The notes under the pieces were generated by a model. It saw nothing but the letters and a program-made list of their open reading frames with translations, was not told the DNA's origin and did no database searches. From positions 7,378,001-7,442,000 of the forward strand of contig OZ241829.1 of the NCBI GenBank assembly GCA_965202585.1: DNA of 64,000 bases, read 5' to 3'. The DNA comes from Thalia democratica (Eukaryota). Shown here one piece after another: positions 24,861 through 39,981 of this stretch. Numbering within the stretch: the first letter of the stretch is position 1; each line of letters starts with the position of its first letter. The translations under genes and the position numbers were made by a program.

Positions 24861-27331
24861 CTGTAGAAATAATCATCGTTATAAAATAATTAAAAAAAAT
24901 GTTCTTACAATTGTTATAATTCTTTATTATGTTTTTTATCTTCTCATCACCACAGTATATACTCAATGTACCGCTTAAAAAAACCAGACATTAAAAAGTA
25001 TACAGTAATATCTTTGAATAATTTACAACCTTAAAACAGTTTTAAAAAGTATGGCGTGGTTATCAAGAAAAACAAAACTACTTATTGAGATTTAATACAA
25101 AATAGTACTGTAGAACAAATTAAAAATATCTGAATTAATATTTGAATATTGACTACTTATTTAACAAATGTCTTTCAGAAAAAATTATAAAGCTGTGTTA
25201 CTTAGATTTGTTTTGTATATGTTACGTTAATACTAAATTTGGAAAAAAAAACTTTTATTTACTTTATATCCAAGCTTCATTTATTTATATATTTAATAAT
25301 TTTTATTACACTTACAGTTAAAAAAAATTATACGTAAATTTTATCTTAAAAACTATAATAATTAAGTTGTCAGTATTTTCAGTATGGTAATAATAAACAC
25401 CTTTATTTAAATTGAGTTTTTTATTTTTGATTTATGCTAGTATTTATGTCTACTGGTGATATCTACAGCTTTTAACTGTCTTACTACTGATTACATAATA
25501 CAATTCAAAATAACTTAATCATTGATTAAAATTACAACTTAGCAGTATATTTTTTATTTAAGAGACCATTAATACCATTAATGTAATTCTGTTATTACTT
25601 TTCTAAACTTAACTTAAAAACTTTAAAGATGCTCATAAATATTAGAAAATAAAACTAAATTTTTCATTAAATTATTAAAACCACCGTTGATAAAGAAACT
25701 AAAGTTTTAGCTAAATTTAAACTAAACCAGAAAATATTCTTAACATTTAAACTAGTTTGTAATTTTTTTTAAATTTAAACCGAACTTATGCCTTTAAAAC
25801 TTAGTTCTGTTTCGTAAAGCAGCAATGGAACCAGTTTATAATTAGAAATCTTTTACGTACAACGATTAATTACAATTTAATAACCTCTACAACAACATGT
25901 TTAAACAATTTTATTTCAAAGTTAAAAATTACGTAAAGTGTGTAATGAATTAAAACTCAAAAACGGAAGCAATTTACACACAGGCAAAAAGATAATAAGT
26001 TGAAATTTTTGTAAACAGAAAACAGTTTTTATCTTGCTCCTACTGCGTTAGCTGTTTTTTTAATTAATAAAAACCAGTCTAACCATAAACGCTTCTTTGA
26101 GTTGAAGTTTGCCGACTTCAAGGTAGTATATATAATTTATTGTTAGTCAAAGTTAATATAACTTTGAAAAATTTTTGTATTAGAAAAAAAAATACTGTTA
26201 GTCTGTGATAATTTTTTTTAGCTTATTTTTTGATTTAATCTTGATTAAAAAAATTAAAAATAAATATTTTAGTACAAAAATGAATTGAATTAATTAAATG
26301 ATAATAGAATGTATGGAAAAACATGCCTGTATATTTTTTTTTGGTGAAAATACTGAATACAGCGAATTTATAAATTAAAGTTGTTTGTATAATCGGTTTT
26401 TTAATACTATTGCTTAATGTGCCTACAATGTTGTACTTACTTTATCACTTGTGTTTAGCTGGGGATTTTCATATAAACAAATAAAAAAATTGGTTTAAAT
26501 TATTCTTTTTAAATTAAAATAATTCGTTTAAACCCTAATTAAAGGTTATTAAATTGTAGACTTTGTTTATATCAAGTTATAACATAACTTGTTTTATATT
26601 CTTTTTTTTGTTAATTGAAACTTTATTTAACAATATATTATGAAGTTATGTAAATATTTTATGCATCACTTATTCTATGAATAGTAATCATCGCTATTAA
26701 AAACTAATAAATTTTAAACTTCTTCACACGATTATTTTGGACATCATTAGTTATTATTGTTTGCAAAAAACCTAGTTGATTACATTAACAATTAATATTA
26801 CTTAGTTTAAACTACGAAAAGTTTTGTTAGATTAAAGTTTTAGTGAAAATGAATAGGAATTTTTTTGTAATACTTTTATTTTATTTACTTTTATATTACT
26901 TTTATAGTTATTACGGATCTTACAGATATTGTGAACTATAATTTAAGTTTAATGTATAAGTTCATAATAACTTAAAGTTGAAACACATCATAAAATGCAA
27001 AACTGTTGTCGTTTATTACTTCTGTAAAGACAATAGCTTAATTTTTATATGTTAAATACATAACTACTTTTATGCAAATATCTCTAATTCAAGTAATACA
27101 GTATAATTTTTTATATTTTTTTTACTTTTTACTAACACAATAAATTTTTATTCGTTTTCTTATTAGTCATAGACATACTACTCGTTTTTTTTTATATTTT
27201 ATATTTTTATTTTTTTTTATACTCTTGTGATTTATTGTTAATTTTTACCGCCTTAGCTGTTAATTCAGTTATTCGTTTTTAATAAATATTTATAAAATTA
27301 ACTTTGTTATATTATTTAATGTTATTAGTTT

Positions 27332-30300
27332 AAAAGATAAATAGTATCAGCATTATATATACTAACTATAAAACAAGAAAATAATTCACAAAAAAAATAG
27401 AAATGAAGAAAAGTAACCTACCTTTTAGGAGCTGTAACATAGATGCTAATTAAAGTAAAAATTCTTAGTTATTGAAAATAGTTAAACTAAAAAAATAAGA
27501 TTTAAAAAGTCAACGAAATTTTGTTAGTTACAAAGTTTTGCAGTGCGGACTCGAACTCGGGTCTCTGCATTGGAAGGCACCGGTGGTGACCTCTCCGCCA
27601 TGATTCCACTTGGATGCTATTACATTTTCGAGTATACATAACAAAATTATTTTCATAATCGATCTTTTGGCAACTATCAATGAAACTCGAACCCAAAATA
27701 TTTTATTGGAATAAGCACAATGGAGTTAATTTGAAGCTGTATCAAAAAGTAGTGTATAAAATTAAACAATTTTTGATGATTTTTATACCTTTCAAAGACA
27801 GTTCACTTGTTAACACACTTTTGCACAGTCAGTTAGACTATTAATCTAATCGCAACCCTTACCGTTGGTCAGTAATTTTTTTTCTTAACATATTCAAAGA
27901 AAGCTTTTTGGTATCATTGCTCATTTTCCGAAAAAAAACTGGAAAACTTACAAAAAGTCATAAAAATAACATAAAATCAAAAATTCCACAACAAAACTTC
28001 ATTTGAGTCGTTTCAAAATGTTCACAATCTGTTTGTGTGTAGCCACATTTAAAATAAATCAGCTTAAAACTCCAAGGTCGCTTTTTTTTGATCCCATTTT
28101 GCATTGGCGTGGAAATTAGAAAAACGGTTAGAGGTAAGGTGAAAGTTTCTTCAAATCATTTAAGTCAACACAGAAAAATTAACACCAAAGCATAACTTTA
28201 TTAACAACTTTTCTAACCAAATTTTAGTTTTTTGTGTTTGTTTTTAATGAAATTAAAACTATTCTATTCAATTTATGTTTTTTGAACTAAGTTTATTCTA
28301 TTCGTTGATATTTGTAAATACCTTCTGTTACGGAATTATTGTTTTGAAAACGGAATACTTTTGTACATAGTAAAGTTAAAGAATAATTTAAGGTGCTGAC
28401 TAATTAAACCTAAAATATTGATAAAATTTTATCAACAAAACTGATTACCACCGGACTCGATCTCGCGACCTTCTGCTCACGCATCGGTTCGGCGATCGCT
28501 GAACCACTGAACCACTTGCTTGTTGACTTCAATGCTGGTATATAAAGTTTAAAAACTTTAGATTTAAATAAGTTCATTTAGTACTTATTAGTTTACCTTT
28601 CTGTAAATTGCTATTATTTTTTTATTTGAAACATATTTACAAAGATAAGACTGTTTTTTTTTACACATAACGTTTACGTGAATTTTAATACTTGAAAGTT
28701 TTCCATTCAAAAGCTGCATAAGCAGAGCAAGTGTACTTATCAAAGGCAGTTTTGATTTTTGTTGCTTAAATCTAATTTAAAAGAACAAAACTGATTAAAT
28801 GCTTTGATAATAAGAAAAATTCAGCGTGCAAAAACTTTTTTTTGTACATTTAAAGTATTAAAACTTTATAAATTAAACAACTTATCCAGCTTTAATTAGC
28901 TATTATGGCAAAACAGATGCAAATATAACCTAACAGTTTATATATTATCGAAAATCAGAACTAAAGCAAAGGAGATATATTTCAAAATTAAAATCAACAT
29001 TATAACAGTATTTATATCACAAAGCAAAGTTTTAGAAACATCACAAGCATTTACGTTGTCGTTTTGATATTTTGTTGAACCAGCCAGTAATGAAAATTAT
29101 ATGGGTATGAATAAAATGTGGTAGAATATCTAAATTTTTAAATCATCAATGCCAGGAATTCTAATTTACCTGCCTGGACTTTTATGTCAAATAAATTCAC
29201 GTGGTTGCTTATAATGCTGATAAATTTAAGATTATTGATTGTAATGTCTAATTAAGCAGAAGTATAATAAAGAATGTAAGGCTGAACTACATTAATCTCA
29301 GGCGTTTCTACAGTTAAAAGACCAAGTTTACCCTTCATTTTACATAGACGAAATAATTTGATTTTTTAAAATAATGAAAAGTGTTAAGGTTAACCGAGAA
29401 AAAAAAGATACTTTAAAAAACTTAAACTTATTAGATGTACTTCAAAACATAGGTAAGTAAGGATATTAATGTCTTTCAAACTAATTAACAGCAAATTTAT
29501 GCTTAGATATAAGACATTAGAAAGCATTGTATATGATACACATAAAAAACCCTGTAGACCGAAACCTTGGCTTAGATGGCACTAAATAATTGTTATTAAA
29601 ATATAACTAAAAATAAAAACTTAAAATTATAATGATACTTAGTCGGTTTAACGGTACTTAGTTGGTATCAAAAGTACAGAGCTGGTACCTACCATTGTTT
29701 ATTTATTTTAACACATACGGTGGTAAATAAAGTTATATATAATGGTTAAATCTAATAGAGACCTTTAAACTCATAAAGGCTCTAAATGGAATTTTATTTG
29801 AACTGTAATTATTACTTAAAAGAAACAGTTTAATGTTTTAAATTTATAGCTAAATAAATATGTTGTTTGTGATATAAAACTAGAAACGATCATGTAAATC
29901 ATATAAAAATTAGATTCATTTATATACAGCAGTAAAATATTTAAGAGCTAATTGCCATATATATTTGTATCTGTTAGTTTAATTAAGATGCACATTATCC
30001 AATACATGGACATATAGTTAGTGTTATTCATTACTATATAAGTTGCTTTATTCAACTTAAAAATATAGAGCAATTAAATAATTTATAAAACATACCATAC
30101 ACATACAACTAAAGTGTAAGTGAAATTTATGCTAAACTAAGTTTAAACTGTATAAGACTACAAAGTGATGACGTAATAATAGTAAAAAGGTAAAAATGAA
30201 AAATATCACATAATTACTTGAAAAATCGTGGACAAAAACAGTCTGATTTATTAGAGTCTAATTTAAAAAATGCCTAAACTGTTTTATACAAGTTAAGACG

Positions 30301-33300
30301 TAAATACTTACTTGTGTAAATGGAAAACTTTAGCGTAGATTTTCCAAAATTTAAGTTGTTGTGGAGTGACAACGATACTAATTAAAACGAGAAGTTAATG
30401 TACTCACTTACTTTGTATAGTTTATCAAGTAACCAACAAAAGATGTTATCAGACCTGCTGATCAACAAAGTAATAATAAATATAATCAAAACAGTGGTCA
30501 AACTTGAAATAGACATATACCAAATGTTAAATGTAATATAAATTAATTCAATGTACCTACTACAGAATGTTACTTAACATATAAGTTTTAGTAGATAATT
30601 ATAAATGCCATAACAACTAAACAAATGATTAGCTTTGATGTATTACAAACTTGCCATAACTAACTTTCAATTGACCTTTATAATTAAACAAACTAAGATG
30701 TAATTTATTTACTAGACATACTAGGTATTTAATACTGTGTAACAATGTAATTAGCTAAATGACGACAATAAAATGATCCTGATAAATAAAATTACAAAGT
30801 AAGTTGAAGTGTTTATTATAGAATAATACCAGGCTGTCTACTACAAATCTGTAGCGTTTGTAGTACGACACCAAAGATACATACTATAAAACATAAAACT
30901 TTACTTGTAATTTATATGTGTTAATATTGAGTTTAAAAGAAAAATAACATACCAAAAAATTGTGCGTAACTACTCGTACATCAAACAAAAAACTAATTAG
31001 GTGCCGACCAGCATAAGGACGCGGCCTAAAGGACGGCTTTCGTTATTTGTGCAAAAGTCCCGGGAGCAAGAGCTGCTCCGATAGGAGCAGCTCGCAGCGG
31101 GAGGGACTTATGCACAAATAACGAAAGCTGTCCGCTACCACTTTAACCCAAAACCGAACTACTTCTTAGAGCTCAGTACCACACTTTTATCTGGTTTGGC
31201 TGTCAGGCTTACTAACTGGGCTCAAAGCGTAATTAGGTTTTTAAGAAAAAATGGTTGGGAGAAAAAGTGAAAAATTTTTCGCCGGCAGAGCCGGCGAAAT
31301 GACTAAAAAATGATTTTTTAAATAATCTACCCAAAAATTTTCCAAAAAAAGTTTTGATTTGGGGAAATCCCCATTTTGAAAAAAATTTGTGCGGCTTGGC
31401 TTAAAAATTAAGTGACTACCTTATAGCGTACTCCTTAAACATAACCCTAACTTACTACCATATAGTTGTTAACTAAAAAATGAATGTCTTTTTAGGTGGT
31501 AATAGTAGGATTAATCTTAATTTGGAATATTATTAATTTTTCGAAGGTGTTATCATTGTAATAATAAATACCTATAACCATAAAATTCGTGTGAGACATG
31601 TTAAATAGTCTTTTCTTTTTGGAATGTTTGTTGTGACACAGTCTAATAACAGTATCCAAAACTTATAACTTAAATTTGAGTACTGCTAACATTTTGATTT
31701 GATGTTAACACAATATCAATCGAAAACTTTAATAAAACAAATGCTTACTGTTGTTATTAGGCTGATTTACAACAAATATTCAAATAAAAAAGCCATTTTC
31801 ACATGTCATTCTATAAAGCCACTGCAAGTCATACTTGATCTAGTCAGATAAGAGTCTGGCTTTTGTCAGCTAGTCACAGTTGCTCATAATAACTCTATAA
31901 AACATTAAATGGTTATCAAAGATTTTTTAGCTTTTAAATACACTTCATAAACACTACAAGTAACAAACAACCAGACTCTTATCTAATTTAGTTATATTAG
32001 CATTATCAATTATTACACTATGCTACATAATTCTAAAATATTTAACAGGAAAAACAGTGGTTAATCATTTCTTGTTATGTTTTGAACAGTTCAGAGACAT
32101 AGACATGCTTGTATATTTTTTCAAAGACTAACTATTACTAAATGTTCAAATACTCTTTGATAAGAATTTCTATGGTGACACTGTCTAATAGTATATCTTA
32201 AGTTTTTGTTCTACATCATCAAACAGCATTGGTATAATGAAACCAACAAAATAATATCTGATTTAATGCTACACATAGTATCAAGCTGAAGATTAAACAA
32301 ATACTTATTTTATAATATCACTATTAAAATTCCAAACAAAGACTGTTTTTTAGTACTATTAATACTCCAAAAATTAAGTTTAACACATCAGTACAACATA
32401 GTCTTTTTATAAAGATCATACATAGTCAGATAAAGGTCTGGTTTTTGTCAGCTAGTTACATTTAACTTATCATAACTCCATCAACTATAATAACCACTAA
32501 ATGGTAATCAAAGTAATAATACACTTAAACTTTGAATTTTACTGTTAACTATAAACACTAAAAGTGACTGAAACAAACCAGACTCTTATCTAAATTAGTA
32601 ATATGAACATACAAAAACACTCAACATAAGTCAGTTGATCAAGCTGCCTTAATGTTGCTTGTGTTCCTACATGTTCACATGTAATAAAGTATATCACTTA
32701 TACACAAACATTTTACACTATAGTTTTAATTGCTTAGTGGATAAAAACATAATAATAAAACATTTACTTTAACCGTTAATAACAATGTGTCTCTAAAAGT
32801 GTGCAAAGATTTAAAATTAACTGCTTAATTTTAAAGCTTGTAGCATTCAGAGTTACAACAAACAAAAGAACAGCTTGATTTTTAGCTCTAAAATTGTAAT
32901 TGAACATTTTACATTGTAATCTTATTACAGAGATTCATAACACATAAGTTTTGACATATAGAAAAGCTAATGAAGTTTAATAGTAACAGCTTTTAGTTAA
33001 TTTTGCACACTTTAGAAACTCTGTAGGATATTTTATAATCTAAAATTTTCATTGTAATTAATTCATAATTTTATGACTAGCATTTATGAATACCAGGGCT
33101 GCCACTCTTCAATTCGAAAACTGTACTCTTTTAACCAAATTTCAGCTTAACTTGAATAAAATTAGAAACTAAGCAGCAAAAGCTGTTAATGTACTTTACT
33201 TGATATCAATTGAGTTTGAGCACTAATTTACACTAATGATATTCTATATTTACAAATAAATGACAATATTTAATGAAACAATTAATTTTCAAGTATTTAA

Positions 33301-34985
33301 AATTGAGAAAGCACTACTAAAAAAATAAGTTTTGGCAGCCCTGAAAAATAATCATTTATTATCTCAACATTAACTATTTTGTATATAAAGCACTTACCTC
33401 AGTAAGAGCAGTAAACCAAGAACAGACCTGATATTCAAATTGCCACAAGAAGGGTTGATATAGATGACTGCTGTAGAAATAGAGATGCCCAATTTGTTTG
33501 TGCTTAATAAAAACTTTTCAGTGCAACTATGATTAAATAGAAACACATGATAACTCATGTAGCAGACTGCTGATTTGAGACACTTTTTCACCATAAAGGT
33601 AAAGAATTTTCTCTGAAACCATGAAATAAAAAGATAATCAATCATATGGTTAGAGTAGAAGACTGTTGGTTGAGATACTTTTTCAACATAAAGAAAAAGA
33701 CTTTCCTCTGAAATCATGAAAAAATAGATAATTAATCATATGGTTAGAGTAAAAGACTGTTGATTCAAGATACTTTCAAAACATACAGACATTATGTTTA
33801 TTTACATTTTTTACTTGCATAAACAGTTTAAGTTTCAACTGTTAAAGACAATGCTGATTTTTTTTTCAAACCAAGTAATTGATTTTATGTGTCTGCTTTT
33901 AGTACCTTTTATTACTTACAAAAACATACAACAAGGTAAACTCTAAAATGATTTATGAAAGTAAAGTTAAAAATGACAAGAGCTGCTACCAGTAACAAAA
34001 CATTTTACTAATGAATGCAATTTCATAAAAATTTCTGCAAACAGAATTGAACATGATTATCACAATAAAGTAGAAGTCTGTTGATTTAAGACAATTTTTC
34101 AACATACAGGTAACGACTTTTCTGTGAAGTTGTCAACAAAAAGAAAGTAAAACACAAGGTTATCACAACAAAGTAGAAGTCTGCTGATTTAAGACAGTTT
34201 TTCAACATACAGGTAAAGACTTTTCTGTGAAGTTGTCAACAAAAAGAAAGTAAAACACAAGATCATCACTATAAAGTAGAAATCTGTTAACTTAAGACAA
34301 TTTTTTAACATACAGGTAAAGACTTTTCTTTGAAGTTGTAAACAAAAAGATAATTAAACACAAGATCATCACTATAAAGTAGAAGTCTGTTGATTTAAAT
34401 CACTTTGGCAACATGCAGATGATGTAGATTTGTTTTGTGTTCTTTTTTTTCAACCATAAACAGTTCAAGTTTCAACTTTTTAAGACAACTTTGATTTTTT
34501 TCATACTAAGTGATTCATACTAAGTGATTGGTTTTGAATTGTATGTGCTTGTAATTAAGTACCTTTTATTACTTATAAAAACTTATAAAAGGAAAACTCT
34601 AAAAATACTTATGTAAAGAAAGTTTAAGTAAAAATTTGATGACCTACCACTCCTATGAAAACTTTCCTAATATGAATTGCAATTTCTTAAAAAATTTCTG
34701 CAAACAGAATTTTTGTATAATTACGTAACAAATAAAACTTGTGCAAAAAATTCACTTGGTGACATTCACGAGTTCTCTCTTCTCTCGCTTTGATAATTTT
34801 AAGCTAATTTTAAACTTATAGCTATACTTTTTTTAAACCTTGGTTTTTTCAAAAATAAATTTTACCATCATGTCGAGCACCGAATTCTGCTTCAAAAAAC
34901 ACCAAACACTTTATAAAAAGGATGAAAAATAAGCAAAATAGAACTTAAAAACTTCAAAGCTTTAAATTTAAATTTAAAGTTTTGT
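27332..34985. repeat. Shared core block, copy 3 (includes the extra ~680 bp left segment with a tRNA-Gly-like element)
   Basis: aaaagataaatagtatcagcattatatatac at 27332 recurs at 42453 and ~60237, then runs collinear with the other copies. Confidence 0.95.
27541..27607 (-). mobile_element. tRNA-Gly(TCC)-derived pseudogene / SINE head; copies at 42662-42728 and 60447-60513
   Basis: The minus strand has an A box TGGCGGAGAGG, the anticodon loop tgcCTTCCAA and gacccgAGTTCGAGTCCg, resembling tRNA-Gly GCCTTCCAA...GACCCGGGTTCGATTCC. Acceptor and T stems do not pair. Confidence 0.65.
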
Positions 34986-37420
34986 CAAACTTGTATCTCT
35001 TGTATGAAAAGATTTAGAAACAATTAGCAGATACTAGTATTCAAACTATGTTCGTAACAAATATCTCTTCTATGTTTTTAAAATTCATTTTTAAACTTTT
35101 GTTTTACTTAAAGATTTACACTTGTATGTATTCATTAACTGCTTAAACAAAACATTACTTACATGTGTAAATATAAATGATTAAAATAGAGGTGCGATTT
35201 TAATACAGTTACAGTAAACTTTTGATTGATTAGTAAATTTTTTTCTAAACTACTTTTTATAGAAACTTGTTGGTTTTTGTACTTATTTATCAACGTTTAC
35301 TTCAATCTAGTAGATACTCTCAGTTGTGATAAGTATGTGGTTAAAAATTTATGCACACATTAAAGCTTAGCTTAATCTCAAAAACTCTGTACTTTTAATT
35401 TTGTCGTTTTTATTTGTACAACAGTTTATTTTTACATGACTTAAGTTTAGCATTATTTCTTAATTAAAATGTAAATGTAATGTTAGTATAATGTAAGTTA
35501 CAATAAAAAAAATTTCATCAAGTTTATAGACAACTGTTGAGTCTTTATTTGATGTGTACACTGACAAACTTATCTATATGATTTGACTGTATTTCTATGT
35601 ATAGTCAAATAAATTGATAATGTAAACTTTTGGTACTTGTAAATACTGTTGTTTACTTAATTGACCTTTTCAAAATATTATTACATTCAAGTTGTTTGAA
35701 TAAATACTTGTGAGCTGCAGAACAGTTGAACTAATTTAGCTCCAATAGAATCTTAAAATTGTAACACAAGTATTCACAGTATTGTGTTTTTAAACTACAT
35801 ACTGTTCCTGATGGAAAAACCAGCAAATTTTACCTATCATGTAACTTACATATAAACTGAGCTAAAACTTATCATGATACTTGAACAGGTATCATTCAAA
35901 AGTAAATACATGTGCACTTATTGCTAAATATAGTTTTTAACAAAAGGTGTTTCACTTTATCATAAATATTTCAGTATTATCAAGTTTCACTAAAGTAAAG
36001 ATTTAACTTTTTTTATACTAAAACTATTTTATGTTTTTCATTTAAAACATAGTGATAAAAATGACCAATAATCTAACACTTAAACTAACAGCTACCACTT
36101 ACATTGAAAGTTACTGAAATGTAGTTGATGAAACTTATTATAAAAACTTATTGATTAGTGTAATGCTTATTTATAAATTAATGCTTAACTCTAGAATTAA
36201 AGAGAACATTTAGTTGCAATAAGTATGAGAATAAACACTTATACAAACACCAATGTTTAGCTTAACTTTACAAACTATATTAATACGTATCAAAACACTA
36301 ACAATACTGTTAAGCGAAGTAAAAAATCTTTAATAAACTGTTAAAGAACAAATTACATTAATTAACTCTATAAAAAAGTGATACAAACAAGCTAAAGTAC
36401 TTTTTTATCTGAAAACTAGACAGAACTGTAAATATGAAAATTTATGCAAATTTTTGAGCAACAAAATTCAATGAAAATGAACAAGTAAGTTTTATTTTTG
36501 AAATTTTATTTAATTTTTTTTTAAACCTTGTTTTTCTCAAAAATAAACTTTACCATCATGTCGAGCACCAAATTCTGCTTAAAAAAACACCAAACACTTT
36601 ACAAAAAAGATGAAAAATAAGCATAATAGAGCCAAAAAACCTCAAAGCTTTGAATTTAGACTATTTTGTAGCTTTGAGTATCTTTCAAACTTGCATGATA
36701 TGAGTTAGAAACAATTAGCAGGTGTTAGTACTCGAACTATGTTCATAGCCAATACCTCTGCTATGTTTTTAATTTCAGCTTTGAATATTTGTTATATTTG
36801 TAATTTTTCATTAACTGCTTAAAAAATCGTTATAAGTAAATTTAAATGTTTCAATTCAAACTTTAATTTAATATTATAACCATAAATTTGAGATTAATAG
36901 TTTAGTTGGTGTAACTTACTATACAAACTTATTGATTAGTTTATTTATTTTTAAAGAGTGCTTCACTCTTATTTTTATGAGTTCATTAGTATTAAACACC
37001 TTAATAAAGACGTTGAGGCTTAGCTTAACTTTACAAACTATGTTTAACACATAACAAATAACTAATGGATATATTAGATTAAAAAAACTGTTAAAGAACA
37101 AATTATATCAATATACTCACACAAACTAAAGTAGCTTTTATCTAAAATCAATCCAATAACATTAGATGAGTTTATAAAACAAACTAAATTTTAATAACAA
37201 AACGTTAAAAAGAACTTTTATAAAATAGCAATTACAATTTAACAGCTAAATTAAACTTTAAATATTTTTAAGCTGCTTCAGACTTTTTAATTAGTAAAAT
37301 GATGTCTTTATAATATTACCTAACTTTTTTTAATTAATAAGATCCTTTTATTTTGAAAAATAAGTAACTAACAAAAAAAAACATGTACACAGCAATACTA
37401 CTATTTAAAATACAATTATA

Positions 37421-38642
37421 ATGTCCAATTCAAGTCCAGTGAACTCACTGAAAAAATTGAAAGACATACTTACTGTCGTTGGAAACTTGCATGGAAATGG
37501 TTTTACGTACGAAGTTCTCAAGGAAATCGGCAGGGGAGCCTACGGTGTCGTCTATGAATGCCGGGACGTTTCAACGAACCGGAACGTTGCTATTAAAGCC
37601 GTCGAACACAAGTATGGAAATAATGAGCGGGAAGCTTTCGACAGTCTGCACGACGCTGATGGGAAGTGTAACCACTTAGTCGAGGTTCTCAATGGTTTTA
37701 CTAATCACACTTTGGCTTGCCTGGTGTACCCGGTTTACGGCCCCAATCTGAGCAAGGCAATGGAGATTAATAAACATCCGTTTAAAGCGCAAGAGGTTAG
37801 AATAATGGCGAAACAGCTGATTGAAGCGGTGAACTTTCTTCATAAAAACGGAATGTTGCATTGCGATATTAACCAAGAAAATATTTTATTAAACAGGTTA
37901 ATAGGACATAAAGACTTTACTTAATTATAATTTTTACTAATTAGGTGCATTTTTTACTGATCTTTATGATGTTTGTTTAAAACAACTTATAGCCGAGTTA
38001 AATGACTTTTTTTTGTTTTTTTAACAATTTATTATACTAAAAATTTATATATATAATAATAAATTTTAAAATAATATCTAAAGTGTAACATTAAAAAAAC
38101 TTTTACTAAACAGTTTCTACTACGACCAGACTAAAATGTTTTCTTACTTTATGCCCGATATCAAACTCTGCGACCTTCGTTCTGTGCGTTGGGAAAGAGA
38201 TTTCAACTATGACGTCATAACAACACTTCAGTACCGCGCTCCTGACGTCATAATGGGCCATAAAATTGGGTATCCATGTGACGTTTGGTCGATCGGCTGC
38301 ACTTTATACGAACTCTTCATAGGAGAAGTTCTCTTCGATGCATCGACGGTTCAGGAACTGCTCCGGATGATCCATTTTATGATAGAGAATTTTACTGGCG
38401 ATGAAGTTGAAACGATAAACAGAAAACTCTCTGAAGACGGTGAAATTGTTGATGTTTTGAATGAGCAAGAGTTGGGACCCATAAAGGGCAAAACCTTGCT
38501 TTACGAATCAAAGAAGATGCGTTCTTACACTAATAACCAAAATAGAGTTAAGTTATTGTGGAAACTAATAAATAGGATGATTGACCGAAATCCAGTATCA
38601 AGAGTTAAACTGAAAAACTTAAATGAAGAAGAAGAAAATTAA
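37421..38642 (+). CDS. Divergent CLK/LAMMER-like CMGC kinase, type B (copy B'), 334 aa; exons 37421-37896 and 38114-38642
   Basis: Same structure as 22301-23522, with three amino-acid differences, all in the N-lobe. Confidence 0.9.
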
Positions 38643-39735
38643 ATGGTATTTTTTCTGTGTGACCGTAATATCAACAAAAGAAACTTAACTTTTTGTGTTT
38701 GTTTTATGGACTACTTTTTTTTTTACTTTGTTGCACTTATTTTGACTTTAACTCAGTAGCTTTTTGTTTTCGTTACTGAGATGGAAAACCTTGTGTTATT
38801 TATAAAATAAAAAAAGTGGTTTTGTACGACTTGAAAACAAACTTTAGAAAGTTTATGTTTTTATCCTGCTTTTATATTTTTGTTTTCAGTAGTTTAACCC
38901 TTATAGACAAAATTTGGTAATTAAATTTGCTCGATTTGTAAAAATGTGTAGCCTACATTTATAAATCGTGTTCTTTAGATATTAAACGTAAATTTTTAAC
39001 TTCTTAAAAATTGATAAATAATTTTATATAGGACCTCAAAACAAAACAAAGCTACAAAACAGTGGAATTAAATTATAAATAAATTTTGTTTAAACCGTTT
39101 TCCGGAGTTTAATGAAGTAAGACAAAAATTATTTTAAATATTAGTATTTTAAAGTATGTCGCATCATAACTTTTTTGAAGGTCTTTTTGTTTTTAAATGT
39201 GCATTTATGGCAACTTCTAAAATTACTTGTAGACCATAAGTTGCAAACTTGTTTTTCCTAGACGCTAAAATGTAAATGTTTTTCATAACTTCGAACAAGA
39301 AATAAAAACAGACAATTATCTGATATAAATTTAAAAAAGAGATATAGTATTAGAGCTAACGTTTAAAAAAAGTAAAATTCAGTAGTACACTGGTGAGTTA
39401 AAAATAGAAACATATGCTATATATAATATAAAGTATATATATAAACATATTAACATATTTTTAACGGTCTATATTTCTTATACTCCTTGGTTTCAGACGA
39501 GCGGTCGTTTATCAAAACAAAGTTATACAAACAAAGTTAAAAAAAAACAAGTTAGTGAAGAATAAAATAAATTGGCAATTGGTGTTTTTATAGCTAAAAA
39601 AACTAATTAGAGCTTTTGTTTTACTTTGTACAATTTTTGTATACGTTCTACAAACAAACAAAATGTTTCAAGAATAACATTTATATCTTAAACACTACAC
39701 TCTAAATTGCTGGGGACATATGGCACTAACTAAGT

Positions 39736-39981
39736 CTAATTAATAAACATTGAAAAAGGACCGTTCGAAGCCCTTTGTTCATCAGAAGGTGTTATACTGT
39801 AGGTTGATCCGGGAAACTTGGTCAGTGTCGAATAGTTGGCACTATGGGTTTCAGGATTTTGATTAGTCGTAGAACTATTAGATACTGGAACATACTGGTA
39901 ACTGGATTGAAATACTTTCTCACTGTTTTTCTTCGGCTCTGAATGCATGACAGGTGTTTGTTTTTCAACCAAGTACAAAAG
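39736..39981 (-). pseudogene. Inverted 5' fragment of the family-X gene (copy B')
   Basis: Duplicate of 24615-24860 with ~7 clustered substitutions. Confidence 0.8.

Noticed and set aside
27541-27607. Functional tRNA genes (here and at 13331-13397)
   Set aside because: A/B boxes are present but the acceptor and T stems do not pair, so they are called tRNA-derived instead.
27502-27696. ORFs MGSSFIDSCQ... (27502, 42608, 60393) and MFWQLSMK... (42783, 60568)
   Set aside because: They span the tRNA-Gly-like element and AT-rich flank, and are frameshifted between copies.
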